From a virus (Duplodnaviria > Caudoviricetes), in IMG/VR virus record IMGVR_UViG_3300046011_010503, positions 1 to 54,007 of that record: a DNA stretch of 54,007 nt, one strand, 5' to 3'. The position numbers were made by a program, and so were the translations under genes. This document shows, in pieces, positions 18,401 to 25,641 of the stretch (position 1 is its first letter; each line of letters begins with the position of its first letter). Below the pieces are notes generated by a model that saw only the letters and a list, made by a program, of their open reading frames with translations, searched no databases and was not told the DNA's origin.

Positions 18401-19494
18401 GACTCAAGAACTGTGGCAGGTATTGAATAATAGGTCCCGTACTTATTGAGTATCTCTGGTTCGTCAAAACCTTTTTTTATTAGCGGATCTGCAAAGTTTC
18501 CTTTTTCTATCATCTGCCCGCCGACTACCGGGAGCGCTGCGCTTGCAACAAGTTGGGGCAACATGTCTGCGGCAAGTATGGAAACTGCCTTGGCTGTCTT
18601 AAGCGTATTTGGCAGGGTCCAGGCTTCTTTCTTCATAGCCCACTCTTGCGCCCAACCAGTAGAAGGGGCGGAGTCTGTCGCCTGGTTTTTTACTACATCA
18701 GACATAACTCCTTTGGCATATTTGACATAGTCATCGCCGATACCCTCGTCATAAATAGGACCGCCTTTAGCGTCAGCCTTTGCTCTTTTGTCGAGGATAT
18801 TAATGGCATTAGCCTCTTCCATGAACTGGACATTTTTCTTATAGCTTTTCTTAATGGCGTCAACGAATCCGGCACCCCACGACGGCTCTTCCAATTCTGT
18901 TGAAACAGCTTCTTTTGGCATATACTGCTTAACATTAATCCCCATACTTGCCAGGGTAATTGGCTCCACATTAGGTTGCGACTCAGCCGCTGACTTCTGC
19001 CCTAACGAATCAGAGAGCTTTCCAACAACCCGGTCCACATAATCTGCAGTATAGGAAATGCCATCATAAAACCGAGGTGTGCGCGGCACCTCAAATACTC
19101 CGGTTTTCTGCATGTTATTCCAGACCTCTTGCGCTCCACTGGGTCCGGCGTGGTAATATATGGCAGCAAAGCGCGGGTCTCCACCGTATTTTCTTAAACC
19201 GTCCTCCAGGTACTTTTGAGCGTACCGGCGCGACACCTCTGGTTTGCGCTCGTAGTCGGGATCAAACGGCTCCCCGAGGCTCGCTGCAATCTCTGGGGCC
19301 GTGTCCGGCATGATTTGATACTGTCCGCGCGCGCCTTTTGGAGACCGGGAAGAGTTGGGGTTATTTCCACTCTCAACACCCCCGATAACGTCCACCAACT
19401 GATCGGCGTAGGCTATGGGAGCAATCTGAGAGGCATTCTGCTTTGGATAGTATACAGAGGGATCATAACCAAGGAGCTCTTTGAGAGTCGGCAT
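6469..19494 (-). CDS. Giant polyvalent virion/ejection protein (4341 aa): SLT lytic transglycosylase, GGDEF, N6-adenine methyltransferase, two ADP-ribosyltransferase-like domains, HExxH zincin, EEIQSD-motif domain, helical C-terminus
   Basis: VESG...GARGQYQIMP...YHAGP (SLT); DLDKFKNVNDSHGHQVGD and GGEEF; FFPTP/VLEPSAGNG/NPPF; two WFGDWEND...SKVVD.NGKPLVVY(H/R)G modules; HEVLH; located after tail/ejection genes. Confidence 0.9.
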   Translation of the reverse strand: MPTLKELLGYDPSVYYPKQNASQIAPIAYADQLVDVIGGVESGNNPNSSRSPKGARGQYQIMPDTAPEIAASLGEPFDPDYERKPEVSRRYAQKYLEDGLRKYGGDPRFAAIYYHAGPSGAQEVWNNMQKTGVFEVPRTPRFYDGISYTADYVDRVVGKLSDSLGQKSAAESQPNVEPITLASMGINVKQYMPKEAVSTELEEPSWGAGFVDAIKKSYKKNVQFMEEANAINILDKRAKADAKGGPIYDEGIGDDYVKYAKGVMSDVVKNQATDSAPSTGWAQEWAMKKEAWTLPNTLKTAKAVSILAADMLPQLVASAALPVVGGQMIEKGNFADPLIKKGFDEPEILNKYGTYYSIPATVLESVSELVTVGAASASKLVKKIPTVEKITALATKNVANSVAKKVLVKAIGAVAGTAEAGLVEGTTEVTQQNLQDYLSVLAVRDAIKSNPSKAEKYQPIVDDLVKNGGQNLQTFVLAALPSMALHIGIGGVTRLTKKALPKTKPSDGSQVQQNTSPYTTMGETAPKVEFTPDGAELAKSPSQQSQTQRPSGQKLLSDFDIESPEAFYSLPQEDRGKIQSQLSDSEADRIIQAYEPSPEESGIITTPQPEGVANEKGQETQALLSPIGEPVVDNAPAPTDEFAPTAVQEGAAEAVPAKKVDRAIIVPDKFKALTPEEKDAEYAKLHKASETDQLTGLMNRTGIDRAAYEMGYSMREGDKNPPPVVLLDLDKFKNVNDSHGHQVGDDVLQSAGLVLSNRLNDIAFVGRHGGEEFLIIPKQGVSKDDILQRVESARSDLSSIPFNDGKLTGVSFSAGFGEGVKAADDQLYKAKDAGRAQTFEGDKKYEPVQNAVPGPGAAQGPASSTAAVGTEQKDGGSASAEPTATEPSAAVPAEATTAGTAEQTKSKTPIKRGKGSGSALPLEQLVKSGSTDGRVHAEDATHFKSIVERRDSAAGAVVSLSSRIDELSGQLEASKIISKYRNAFSQKDVNLATGGNSSDYRGKGAQSADVTMHDFFVENKDFTAKTGITLEDFNTPSDFVAFVKEFPTTPEVRSKIKAAKNEYEAAHKAYAEMSRQAGEYEKRYSKSTSEEPTLFQRKTGYDPNQADMFSGTGPSLAGLPLFNGENVAPPQQKKGPLVTGDLFEGTKAADTRTQEEKKIEAQQREKDAVRPAVSLQGLPMFDANEREAMITKQEDLFKNVPTVKEKEVPKKEAIVEPLAVQAQKSEKTEEKAFDPVIVPGKMTYSAFTETKKKLYNGKLSIDDFKMTFSKLVDSENNIKAELSTNKKDALQKIYSNYTSYMRPGENKSELISSIYHSMLSTYGLSRGIVHDFNGTYADSVKKIVDNTTQKDLDAFAEEVDKNTKEYIARRQATIKAIKNPETLAEFKTFLQYKKVEDLTPEQRRTYEDLTSTNIKEKRKEEKIDDSTVEKVDIGDTGMQLIETKHTQKGHDLFVVRLNNRVDREIYNDLNVKAKKLGGYYSSYKGNGATPGFQFTEKAQAEKFMALKSGDVSNADAVVEKETVKTVKRADKLRTNAEKIIAKADEGLNQDRQTNTARRAAMASSADAALNKQKRIGKTMLNIAAAIDAGEVKFLDGVSAKTHIEQLDGLVNEAKRNEVNLKYPTYSEREKHEGEPATEETIDKLNASKAYYPNLWAENLSDLFKKVESRPGSKAAIKKLYFRLVGKDSGIQVIKDQSEIDALEKLTSLLSENDAKYNQIVDALERHRRLKTMGFENPIMLSSALREYVKYRGKAPVVDKIKELERSLIGKNVGVDFFPTPKPVAEQMVRDAGITEGMKVLEPSAGNGNIADAIRAAGVKPDVVEISSSLRELLQAKGYNVVEHNFMDYNEGGYDAIVMNPPFGGGADIEHVRHAYDLLKPGGKIVAIMGEGAFFRSDRKASDFRDWLEEVNGSEEKLPQNTFQDKTLMNTTGVNARIVNITKPESSALFQRKEQSQIYTTEFKAWFGDWENDSENASKVVDESGKPLVVYHGTDKNFTEFRTGLNKVKGEQGMFFSTNPEIASKYSGYDELFPSKNIGSVKPVYLNIEKLKTVDLKGGKYGRAEIINKAKEEGFDGILLKNHYDAGGVQDQYVVFSPNQIKSATGNTGVFNPSNPDIRFQRGEQSPNDTQFHRSGRPTLSTEQPGKTADPFQFGAISALAKAAANQGVSIGPENIQVVDAAPQSAGFIGLAQRVFDVPIKTIKLTREAQKLSDMFNGFRHNGVVYLNDSSTDPSVYVVMHEVLHDIFAKQPYLKTRLMDFFQKQFTDSGNAAALREAEWYRSLMKSKELTQGMKDIGVEEVIANYLADSSTDPKFWDAVHAYSQPLARRLLQKIAEVIDRILRAAKVYRRTSEGWFKDAQAVRGEMVKMMAAAVRGASREEFYGAVREALFMRDGSGQQQDQTRTAEFKRWFGDWENDPENASKVVDENGKPLVVYRGEHGKVRTKVRTTHLVPTTDEKSLLEEIGDVPSSLIQTALGSVSFVNNPETAATYAESPNNRELSKTAEQPRVIPAYLSIRNPVIQNLDDPFVEMGDIVKAIGIDKAIKIAIKHSYQIELTNNWDENFSEKYSSVEELLRKSPKRIKELYLDAYFVFDDIDAVRYFKDAGYDGAIHMGNGESMDDIEYKVFSTTQIKSATGNTGAFDPSNPDIRYQRNNNTLNDQNARTLAAEYGLSFVGMQEGVPGYPGTALFNDKNGNTFAARTESELESRVSEMTDGVLFQRPIADTFYSPTLKAVQALKQDRGTGDQFFAMISKAPGVKESEWKWMGLDDFLKGKQSVTKKEIEDFVRQNQVTVQEKYNKQGDKKIPFEGLSDEEVAEHYENYMDQEIPLGATRQELIDEMVEANENDMGGERAEVETKYQQYTLPGGENYREVLLTLPLKVVRPATEKSFKVVENGYKSSHWEEPNVIAHTRLDDRTGPNGEKVLFVEEIQSDWARDVRDKGVRQNPVNELPSDYTFNEVVVKEAPNGWSDTRIDVKDGSGNIVWKEYNGTIESAKKNALIDLNHNMKLKGVPNQPFLKNWQELTLKRILRMAAEEGYNRVAWINGEQTADRYNLAKVAESINHSKNADGTYNFHVTDKIGRDILDRMNVPESELAGIFGKDVANKIVNRDGEFDKRRDYSFFTNRGSAVGEVFKDGRWYIKWQDGSESGTYLSKEDAAREADHVTRNYVLSPEHNRPKILKGTDLKIGGEWAHNLYDVQIPKFFEKYGKKWGTKVEPVSLGRDAMPMPTQDKYRGGYFITQDGPHFDTIEEAREWSIKNSPTQQSITITDEMRDSVMHEGQPLFARRKQELLPDGSVPKKKYVSTKLRRPKAEQIAAQEQIEDLTQYIKDRFKVPDIEGVTEERRPLFEKHWDNIATRAELEKELMQYEMYSDAVNFKYHHEGLIKKELKRKEIQQKIYDYARKINLVGEPRNQVDTLMLRTTGTSRNFFKALNIMDTVMEKRLQAKALEEVRLKFDATRKRIAAARAGRQPAPWTAEHTEAVEKYLDQFMFMSAKEEKAYEEAMASLEQNKENFDPEDALGYDSKELAALTEMVKKNLLGMSSSDLLNVMAELTQIERTGKTAKMLADAQAAAKLASDGFFAGVEIRRVTKNSEKSLAERSLGRKERGLARNAKEFFMDTMDPQRVIEWITGNFTEAGRREASVFKQNTWNKLRDASVKSVDSMIKATKHIREIHKPLVDAMKSLPLKYAIKAEFTDGVNDRKIPLPGRVETHELTLNEMMFVYANSKNEGNILHLFGSGWTREGMLQVENTIPEVAKDVVDKMHRYYDVVQYPKMNGVFRRLFGIDMPRIENYFPIRNLLSAKVEDSMLSEMLARFSNKSSVQKGMTKARQGSAAPFREMDYMGVVFANLRQSEHFVANAEAVRDVRKFLNYDDVAQALANRDKDFDAKAWSNDFLKRMAYGKVEAIRSDAVAKTADALRYYYSCYALGWNPKTWVKQWSSLFVGGKYVENKARLAQSALKMMAQRGNMIEDIKSKSLFMKNRNSRFEREIQEMFDKHESTMFLNTTAEVMNKIRQVSMWGISTSDMISSSILWDAKYTEEINKGIPQEQAVRNADEAIEKSFAGGGLAYLTRGQTSQGLTRYLTMFTSDLAKAMNTQYETMRTARQNGLSKTAIAVMMTSLIPAALIFTVDTFDPEKFKDDPEGFLGYILSQIYGAFPLFNQIGDGLYKNLVADPIRKLRGAPTKPLFQGSSSIKIPWMDIADELYSAAGAVKKAIGTKEGDDVGEAVGKAVKASVGAAGMLTGLLPRQPINTAQAAYGLITGTEDDWRRLLYSAGSLKDMSISGGVARGILGNKEISAEQYGEMSDAQREIVDQKIQKIIEKKERLDELKYSRE
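11535..12295 (-). repeat. ADP-ribosyltransferase-like module, copy 2
   Basis: EFKRWFGDWENDPENASKVVDENGKPLVVYRGE...EYKVF...QIKSATGNTGAFDPSNPDIRYQ. Confidence 0.7.
13135..13625 (-). repeat. ADP-ribosyltransferase-like module, copy 1 (conserved flanks shared with copy 2)
   Basis: EFKAWFGDWENDSENASKVVDESGKPLVVYHGT...FFS...QIKSATGNTGVFNPSNPDIRFQ. Confidence 0.7.
13670..14180 (-). other. N6-adenine DNA methyltransferase domain of the giant protein
   Basis: DFFPTP, VLEPSAGNG (motif I), VMNPPF (motif IV, NPPF at 13909-13920). Confidence 0.85.
16980..17430 (-). other. GGDEF diguanylate cyclase domain of the giant protein
   Basis: DQLTGLMNR, DLDKFKNVND.HGHQVGD, RHGGEEF (GGEEF at 17176-17190), SFSAG, ADDQLYKAK..GR. 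Confidence 0.92.
19010..19390 (-). other. SLT (lytic transglycosylase) domain of the giant protein; boundaries approximate
   Basis: Catalytic ES motif (GVESGN), GQYQIMPDTA, YHAGP. Confidence 0.85.
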
Positions 19495-19512
19495 TTTAAA
19501 CCCTTTATTTGT

Positions 19513-21045
19513 TTACTGAGGCATATTCATTATTGCGCTATCAAGACCTTGCTGGCTTTGACTCTGTGTTGCCGGTGGAGTAGGCATCCTGGATTGTGCG
19601 TATTTTTCACGCACTTTCTTTTTTATCTCTTCGGGCAGGTATTTCCACCCGGCCTTATCTGTAGGATCGGACAGAAAATTATTAACAAGATCGGCGTCAG
19701 GATCATTCAAAGAGGCAGCAGGTGCTGCGGCACCACTCTCAGTGCTGGCTCCAAAAAGCGAACCTTTCTTAAATCCTGCATCAGGAGAGTTTCCGTACTG
19801 CATCAATTCAGAGAGTGTGGCTGTTGGGTTGTCTAAGAGATATTGTTTTTGCTTTTTGATTTTTCCAAGCTCGATCTTGAGCCGATTAATATTGTCCGCT
19901 ATTGGATCTCCCTTTGCCGGGGTCGGACCTTGGTCGGACCCTATCCAATTTTTATGCGTCATTCCTTCCTTCGATCCTCCACTAACCACACTGCCCGGAT
20001 CTGTAGAAGAAGACATGGAGACATATGGCGAAGCTGCAGCCGGGTTTTTTGTTCCACCGGTTTTTACATTCGAATTTTCCTTAACGGCATCCTCAAGCGC
20101 TTTATACAGTGATTTTTCTTGACCATTAATCCACTTGATGTTTGTGTCAAAAGTTTTCTGGCGCTCTTTAGGAGTTTCGGTTTTAAGTTTTTGGAGTTCC
20201 AGCTCAAGCTTATCGAGTTCCAGTTTTTCTTTTTTAACTTCGTGAAGAGTCGGGAGTTCCTTGACTATCTTGGAAGTTGTTTCGGTTGGGACAATTCCCT
20301 GTTTGTTCATGGTTGCGTAAGCGGTGTTCCTATCCGGAGCGTCACCAATGGTCTGTAGCTGCGAAGAGGTTTCGTTGCGGTCGGCGGTGGCATAGCTCTG
20401 CTTCATTGTGCCAGGAGGAATTGCATATTTATTTTCTACAGCCGCAACGTCAGACGCCTTCGCGCCTTCAGGGTAAGCAGGAATACTGCGCTGCTCAGTA
20501 CCAAAGAACGGATTATTTCCCGTATCCGCCATAGTGCTAAACGCTGAAACTTCAGATCCATTCGCTCCTTGCGTAGCTATTCCAACAGATGAGTCAGCAC
20601 CGCTCACCGGCACACTCCCACTTAGCTCGCCAGTTGCTTTAGTCACATTCTTCTCAGTAGCGCTTTTCTTTGTAGCCTCAACAATATTCGCAAAAGAATC
20701 GATGGTCGTGTTCGGATCAGGCACAATCCGCACACCCATTTTCTTAAGGGTATCACCCTCTCTATTAAGCAAATCCCTTTGAGCCTTGTAGTTTGCTCCT
20801 ACAATGGCAATCGACCGGGGGTCGTCCATAAGATCAACCTGGGCAGCAAACCCCTTAGCCTGCTCCGGCGTCCAATCGTTGCCCATATCCTGAAGGATTT
20901 CGGTCTTAACGGACTCCCGAAAATCCTTAACATTCTGAGCTCTCTTTTTAAGCTCGATCTGTGCGGGAATCTGCGAGGCAACAGTCAGCGCTTCTGTGAC
21001 TCCATCAGAAATATTCTTTAATCTTGATTGCCAATTGAAGTTCAT
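19513..21045 (-). CDS. Putative internal virion/ejection protein
   Basis: Helical and low-complexity 510 aa ORF between tail genes and the giant SLT protein, the usual podovirus ejection-protein position. Confidence 0.65.
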   Translation of the reverse strand: MNFNWQSRLKNISDGVTEALTVASQIPAQIELKKRAQNVKDFRESVKTEILQDMGNDWTPEQAKGFAAQVDLMDDPRSIAIVGANYKAQRDLLNREGDTLKKMGVRIVPDPNTTIDSFANIVEATKKSATEKNVTKATGELSGSVPVSGADSSVGIATQGANGSEVSAFSTMADTGNNPFFGTEQRSIPAYPEGAKASDVAAVENKYAIPPGTMKQSYATADRNETSSQLQTIGDAPDRNTAYATMNKQGIVPTETTSKIVKELPTLHEVKKEKLELDKLELELQKLKTETPKERQKTFDTNIKWINGQEKSLYKALEDAVKENSNVKTGGTKNPAAASPYVSMSSSTDPGSVVSGGSKEGMTHKNWIGSDQGPTPAKGDPIADNINRLKIELGKIKKQKQYLLDNPTATLSELMQYGNSPDAGFKKGSLFGASTESGAAAPAASLNDPDADLVNNFLSDPTDKAGWKYLPEEIKKKVREKYAQSRMPTPPATQSQSQQGLDSAIMNMPQ

Positions 21046-21596
21046 GCGTAGAGCCTCGAATAGGGTAATTTTTTTGCATAGGCGTTTTTAAATGCGGCGG
21101 CGTACTCTTTGCCGGAAGCCAGGAGCCCGGTAATTCGATTAAGGGTATTTGTGTTGCGGGTGTAGTTTTTGTCGTCCTCTTTCCACGCCCATCCCTTTAC
21201 GTCCTGTTCTCTGGTATAAGCGGTGTTGTCGGCAGCGGTTGCACGGTCATAGGCGGTCTGGTCCTCTAATCTGGCACGGGTATATGTTCGACTCTCCGTA
21301 TCCCAATCGAGCTTTACGGCGTCCTGAGAGCGATTATAGGCAGTGTTGTCCGCAGCAATTTTTCTGTCAGCCTCGAGGTTTGACTGGTTTATGCTCCTAT
21401 TGATGGAGTTCTCTTTCATAGTGTCATATTGGTTTTGCTTGGCTGCCTGCAGCGCAGTGGCATCGGCATCCTTCTGAGCCTTGTAGTCGAGGTACATTCC
21501 CACACCACTAGAGATTACGCTAAGTACTGGACCAACGAGTGGAATGAAGGCTGACGCTCCCGATGCAGCATCTGTTACGTCTGAGGCTTTTGCCAT
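21042..21596 (-). CDS. Putative small ejection protein
   Basis: Gly/Ala-rich hydrophobic N-terminus (IPLVGPVLSVISSGVG) then short D-x-T-A-Y-x-R repeats. Confidence 0.65.
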   Translation of the reverse strand: MAKASDVTDAASGASAFIPLVGPVLSVISSGVGMYLDYKAQKDADATALQAAKQNQYDTMKENSINRSINQSNLEADRKIAADNTAYNRSQDAVKLDWDTESRTYTRARLEDQTAYDRATAADNTAYTREQDVKGWAWKEDDKNYTRNTNTLNRITGLLASGKEYAAAFKNAYAKKLPYSRLYA

Positions 21597-21630
21597 ATAT
21601 TTCTCCGTGTCACATTAATCAAACGAGTAA

Positions 21631-24600
21631 TTATTTAGTTATAGGTATTCCTTGTAACCTTTTAGTAACCTCTGATGCAGGGTATGTTTTTTTTGTTTTT
21701 GGATCGTAGAAATTTATTCCTGATATGTATTTACTAGAGTCCCTGGCCCCACGCCCGCTCGTGGGGTTGGCTATTATTAATGGGTCTCCATTGACATCCA
21801 GAATTACCTTTCCTACCAATGGATCTATAAAATTTCTAAACTCTCCGTTTTGTGCATTGTCAAGAGTCGATAAAGAATTATATCGGTTGGTGCCGGTATA
21901 CATGGCGCTTAACAGAGTGTTTCTGTCTGCGCTAAACGCTGGCTGCGTAGAAAGGGATTTGTAGTCGTCCGGAGTTACCCCAGCATACTCAGTCCCCTTC
22001 CACCACTCGGGGCGAAACACGTCTGTATTACCAGGATCGTAAGGCCCAGGGTTAACAACCTTGTCTATTGAAACCCCGCCAAACGCAGCCGAAGCCGTTG
22101 CACTCAAAGGCTTCACATACTTGTCTTTTCCTTCATACGCACCCTTAATACTGCTCTGCCAATCAGGAAGCCCCTTGTTATTCTCAAGGTAGGCTTGGAA
22201 TGTCAGGAACTTTCCGTCTTTGTCCTTCTTCTGTGCCATCGGAATAGCCTGATAGGCGGCCATTACGGTTGGGTTCTCTTTCACATACTGCTCAAGGGCT
22301 AGGTTCACTGTGGCGTTGATATCATTCGTAGTGTTAGTAGAAAGGTTTGCCCCTGCCACATTTGACGCAGCAACAGGAGTAGTGGCCTTTTTATACGTGC
22401 TCTTCCCGTCAGCTCCGGTCACAACTGAGTCTTTCCAGTTTGGAGTCTTGCCAGTGCTTTCAAGCCACCCCTGAAACGTCAAATATCCTCCGGTTGCAGT
22501 TTTTCTTTGCGCCATTGGGATGGCGGTATATTTTGCAAGAAGTTCTGGGTTTGCGTCAGAGAAAGCCTCTATGGGAGTTGCAAATGCTTTGCCATTAGTA
22601 TTGACTGTTGTTGAGCCCGTACTTCCTGCTGAGCCACTTGAGGTTTGTGCGTTGGATCCTACGGGGAGGCCGTTGGTTCCGAGAACCACTGGAGGCGTTG
22701 TAGTTGTAGCTGCAGTAGGAGTATTGTTTGCCGGCTTAACCACAACCATTCCATCCTCCACAGCCCACGTTCCATTGTTCAAATATCTCTGCAGCTCATT
22801 TCTTCCCTCTTCTGCTGAAACTCCCGGGAATAAATTATTGATTGTCGAATCGGTGTAAGAGTGCGAGAGCACGTACATCGGATCAGATTGGTTCTTTACA
22901 TTCTTAAACATGTTCTCCACATTAACAGCTCCTCCGCTGACCTTGTCAATTGGGGTTCCTTTGCGGATAATAAACTCGGCCAACGTCTCATCTCTAGTGG
23001 TTCCGTCAGGATTTTCAATGCCACGAATCTTACTGGCATTATACCGATCCCGAATAATTGGAGTGGCGTTCGCCATGGTTTCAGCAGCCGCATCCAACTC
23101 CGGACCTGATATGGTTCTGTCAGTAACAAGGAGTGCCGCAAGATCGTCTTTTTGCTGCTGAGGCACATCATCCCACGAGGTGAATGTATCAGAGAGCGTC
23201 GAGAGCATGGTCTGAGCATTGCTGAAATTCGCCCAGTTTTCTTCCTGCAGCCATGCGGAAATATCCACGTCAATGCCGTAGGTGTCTTTAATGATCTTTG
23301 CGGCCTGCTCAAGATTTTTTGTCCCGCCGGCAGCCCGCAGTGTTGCGATATTGTTCACTGCGTCGCCACGAGCAACTGTGCGGTTATATATTTCGTCCAC
23401 AGCGGCGGCAGCGGTCTCCTGGGTGTATTTTCCGGATGCCACAAGAACAGCAATGGCTCCCACTTTATCCCCCGCAAGGATTTTGTTTTTCGCCTGGTCA
23501 AAGGAGGCTATGTCAAGATTAAGCCCAGATGCAGTGACTTTATCTTCTTGGAGCTTAACTCCGCGGTCCCGCTCTTTTACCATACTGTCATAGGCAACTT
23601 GCGCCTCTGGCTCAGTAGCGCCTCCAGACATAAGGTCATCTTTAACTTCTGCAAACGAGGCGAAGTGGTCAACGATCGCAGTCTTAACGGTAGTTCTTCT
23701 TGCATCGTCCAGCTTTAGATTGTTAAACTTCTGGTTAGTATCCAGCTCTTTTCGCTTATATTCCTGCTGATCTTTGAGCCATGTTTGGTCAGGAGCAACA
23801 CCATACAGCTCTTTATAAGTTGTAGAGGCTTCAGCCCAATCTCCGTTGGTTAGTGCGGTATTATACCGGTTATTCAAATCATTTTTTCGGGTCACTTCTG
23901 AAGACTTAAAGTTGTCTGTGTTTTTGAATATACTGTCAAACTGCTTCTGGTCAATTGTGCCTTGGCCAAACTCATTATTAATGTCATCCACAGAGCTACC
24001 CGCATTAATCCGCTCTTCAATCGATTTAAACCGTGCGTCCCCAAGAGTGTTTTTCAAAATAGAAAGGTTGGTATCATTAAAATCATTATGAGACTTCTGA
24101 TCTTTTAACATTTGAGTCATGTCGGGCTTTGTGCCGTACATAGTCTCATATTTGCTGGCTGCACCTTCATAGTCGCCTACATTAAGAAGCTTTGCATATT
24201 CGTTTTCGTTTGCGCTGTCAACATAAGCTCTGTTTCCGGAGGCTTTGCTATATTGAAATTGCTGACCAGCCAAACTTTGAGACGCAAGAGCCCCTGTAGC
24301 CTGGTCTGCCCTATTCATATTATCAATCGCAAGATTACCCTGAAGCGTTGCCGCTGAAGAATTACTGTCTCTCGCAAGAGTAGAGGATAAAGCATTTTTT
24401 GCCCCAGTGGTGAGATTGGGGTTTCCTGCGGCGCTCATTGCTGCCTTTTGATTATTCGAGCTGGACATGGTTCCAAAATCCTGCACTGCCTTATTATTTA
24501 TGGCAGCCGCAACAGGCGACTTACCTGCCGCAATATCAGAAAGCCCCTGCATGCCCTGAGTTCTGTACCCATCCTCAGCACTCGCCCCAAAATTTGTTGC

Positions 24601-25116
24601 TCCAGTATTCCGGTTATAGCTGCCAGATGCTGAGCTCACAATATTACTGCCAGTCATGGTGTCATAGGTATTTGGCTGCACGTCCGGGGTTCCAGCCTCA
24701 TATCCTCCAACACTCCCCTGCTTCTCCATAGCCTGAAGCGCTTCTTGGGGCAGCATTTTTGCCGGGATAACAGTCATCTTCCCGTTTGGCAAAACAATCC
24801 TAACTTCACCCTCGTGAATCATTTTAGGGCCCTGGTCGGTCTGAACCATGTCAACAGGCTTACTGGGGTTAAGCACTCCGTCTTCACCGGTGCCAGTGTA
24901 GGATACTGACCCCCTCCCGGCACCCATTCCCCCTTGCATGCCAGGTATGTTTTTCATTGCATCCATACCTGGTCCAGCCGAGGGTTGTGCCATAGTTCCG
25001 TAGCTTGGGCGTATATTTGTCGGCAAAGACTGCTGTGTGCCGCCAATTTTTCCAATAATGGTAGATATTATCTGGGGATTTTTCTTGAGCTCTTTCGCCC
25101 AGGCTGGTTGATTCAT
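21631..25116 (-). CDS. Putative large ejection/internal virion protein with internal repeats
   Basis: 1161 aa; IHEGEV...VIP motif; duplicated GD(Y/W)..A...Y...YG..PD and AIPMAQ.K...G.(Y/F)LTFQ.(W/Y)LE units. Confidence 0.7.
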   Translation of the reverse strand: MNQPAWAKELKKNPQIISTIIGKIGGTQQSLPTNIRPSYGTMAQPSAGPGMDAMKNIPGMQGGMGAGRGSVSYTGTGEDGVLNPSKPVDMVQTDQGPKMIHEGEVRIVLPNGKMTVIPAKMLPQEALQAMEKQGSVGGYEAGTPDVQPNTYDTMTGSNIVSSASGSYNRNTGATNFGASAEDGYRTQGMQGLSDIAAGKSPVAAAINNKAVQDFGTMSSSNNQKAAMSAAGNPNLTTGAKNALSSTLARDSNSSAATLQGNLAIDNMNRADQATGALASQSLAGQQFQYSKASGNRAYVDSANENEYAKLLNVGDYEGAASKYETMYGTKPDMTQMLKDQKSHNDFNDTNLSILKNTLGDARFKSIEERINAGSSVDDINNEFGQGTIDQKQFDSIFKNTDNFKSSEVTRKNDLNNRYNTALTNGDWAEASTTYKELYGVAPDQTWLKDQQEYKRKELDTNQKFNNLKLDDARRTTVKTAIVDHFASFAEVKDDLMSGGATEPEAQVAYDSMVKERDRGVKLQEDKVTASGLNLDIASFDQAKNKILAGDKVGAIAVLVASGKYTQETAAAAVDEIYNRTVARGDAVNNIATLRAAGGTKNLEQAAKIIKDTYGIDVDISAWLQEENWANFSNAQTMLSTLSDTFTSWDDVPQQQKDDLAALLVTDRTISGPELDAAAETMANATPIIRDRYNASKIRGIENPDGTTRDETLAEFIIRKGTPIDKVSGGAVNVENMFKNVKNQSDPMYVLSHSYTDSTINNLFPGVSAEEGRNELQRYLNNGTWAVEDGMVVVKPANNTPTAATTTTPPVVLGTNGLPVGSNAQTSSGSAGSTGSTTVNTNGKAFATPIEAFSDANPELLAKYTAIPMAQRKTATGGYLTFQGWLESTGKTPNWKDSVVTGADGKSTYKKATTPVAASNVAGANLSTNTTNDINATVNLALEQYVKENPTVMAAYQAIPMAQKKDKDGKFLTFQAYLENNKGLPDWQSSIKGAYEGKDKYVKPLSATASAAFGGVSIDKVVNPGPYDPGNTDVFRPEWWKGTEYAGVTPDDYKSLSTQPAFSADRNTLLSAMYTGTNRYNSLSTLDNAQNGEFRNFIDPLVGKVILDVNGDPLIIANPTSGRGARDSSKYISGINFYDPKTKKTYPASEVTKRLQGIPITK

Positions 25117-25179
25117 TTTTTTCTACCCTGCCAATTTTAATAAACGTGGTTGCAAAGTATCGATTTGTAGATACGCCTG

Positions 25180-25584
25180 TTATCTTCGCAGCTTTATTCC
25201 ATTTACCTGGGCGCCGGCGGCAGAGTACGCCTTGCACGTAGTGGCGGTTGTTCCGGTGTAATAGCGGAATACTTTTGTCACGTTTCTAACGGGATAGAAA
25301 GTAGCGTCGTTAAGAGCAATAACCTCTGTCATCGTATCTCCCTGAGGAGCGACATAGCTGATTTTTACAATACCTCCTACATCGGCGTAGATACATCGGC
25401 AATTCGTAATAGCCGGAACAACGTCCGCAGAAGTGACGTCCACAACTTCATGCTGCATTGTACCTACCATTAAGCGGTCTCCTTCCCCAGTTTTCAATTC
25501 AGGAAGCCCAGACATGGGGCTTGCCGCATATTTTACCGACGCCAACCCGACACACAACACGATAATCATTGCACTTTTCAGCAT
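25180..25584 (-). CDS. Small beta-rich virion-region protein with signal-peptide-like N-terminus
   Basis: ATG 25584 follows GGAGG; MLKSAMIIVLCVGLASVKYAA leader; RCIYADVGG...YPVRNVTKV resembles small phage structural proteins. Confidence 0.65.
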   Translation of the reverse strand: MLKSAMIIVLCVGLASVKYAASPMSGLPELKTGEGDRLMVGTMQHEVVDVTSADVVPAITNCRCIYADVGGIVKISYVAPQGDTMTEVIALNDATFYPVRNVTKVFRYYTGTTATTCKAYSAAGAQVNGIKLRR

Positions 25585-25641
25585 AATATCCTCCACTGTT
25601 AATCAATATAATTATAGTTTAAGTAAAATTATTTATCATTT

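Noticed and set aside
6469-19494. Tape measure protein or virion RNA polymerase
   Set aside because: No long-tail genes were recognised and no RNAP motifs seen; the domain content fits a polyvalent ejection protein.
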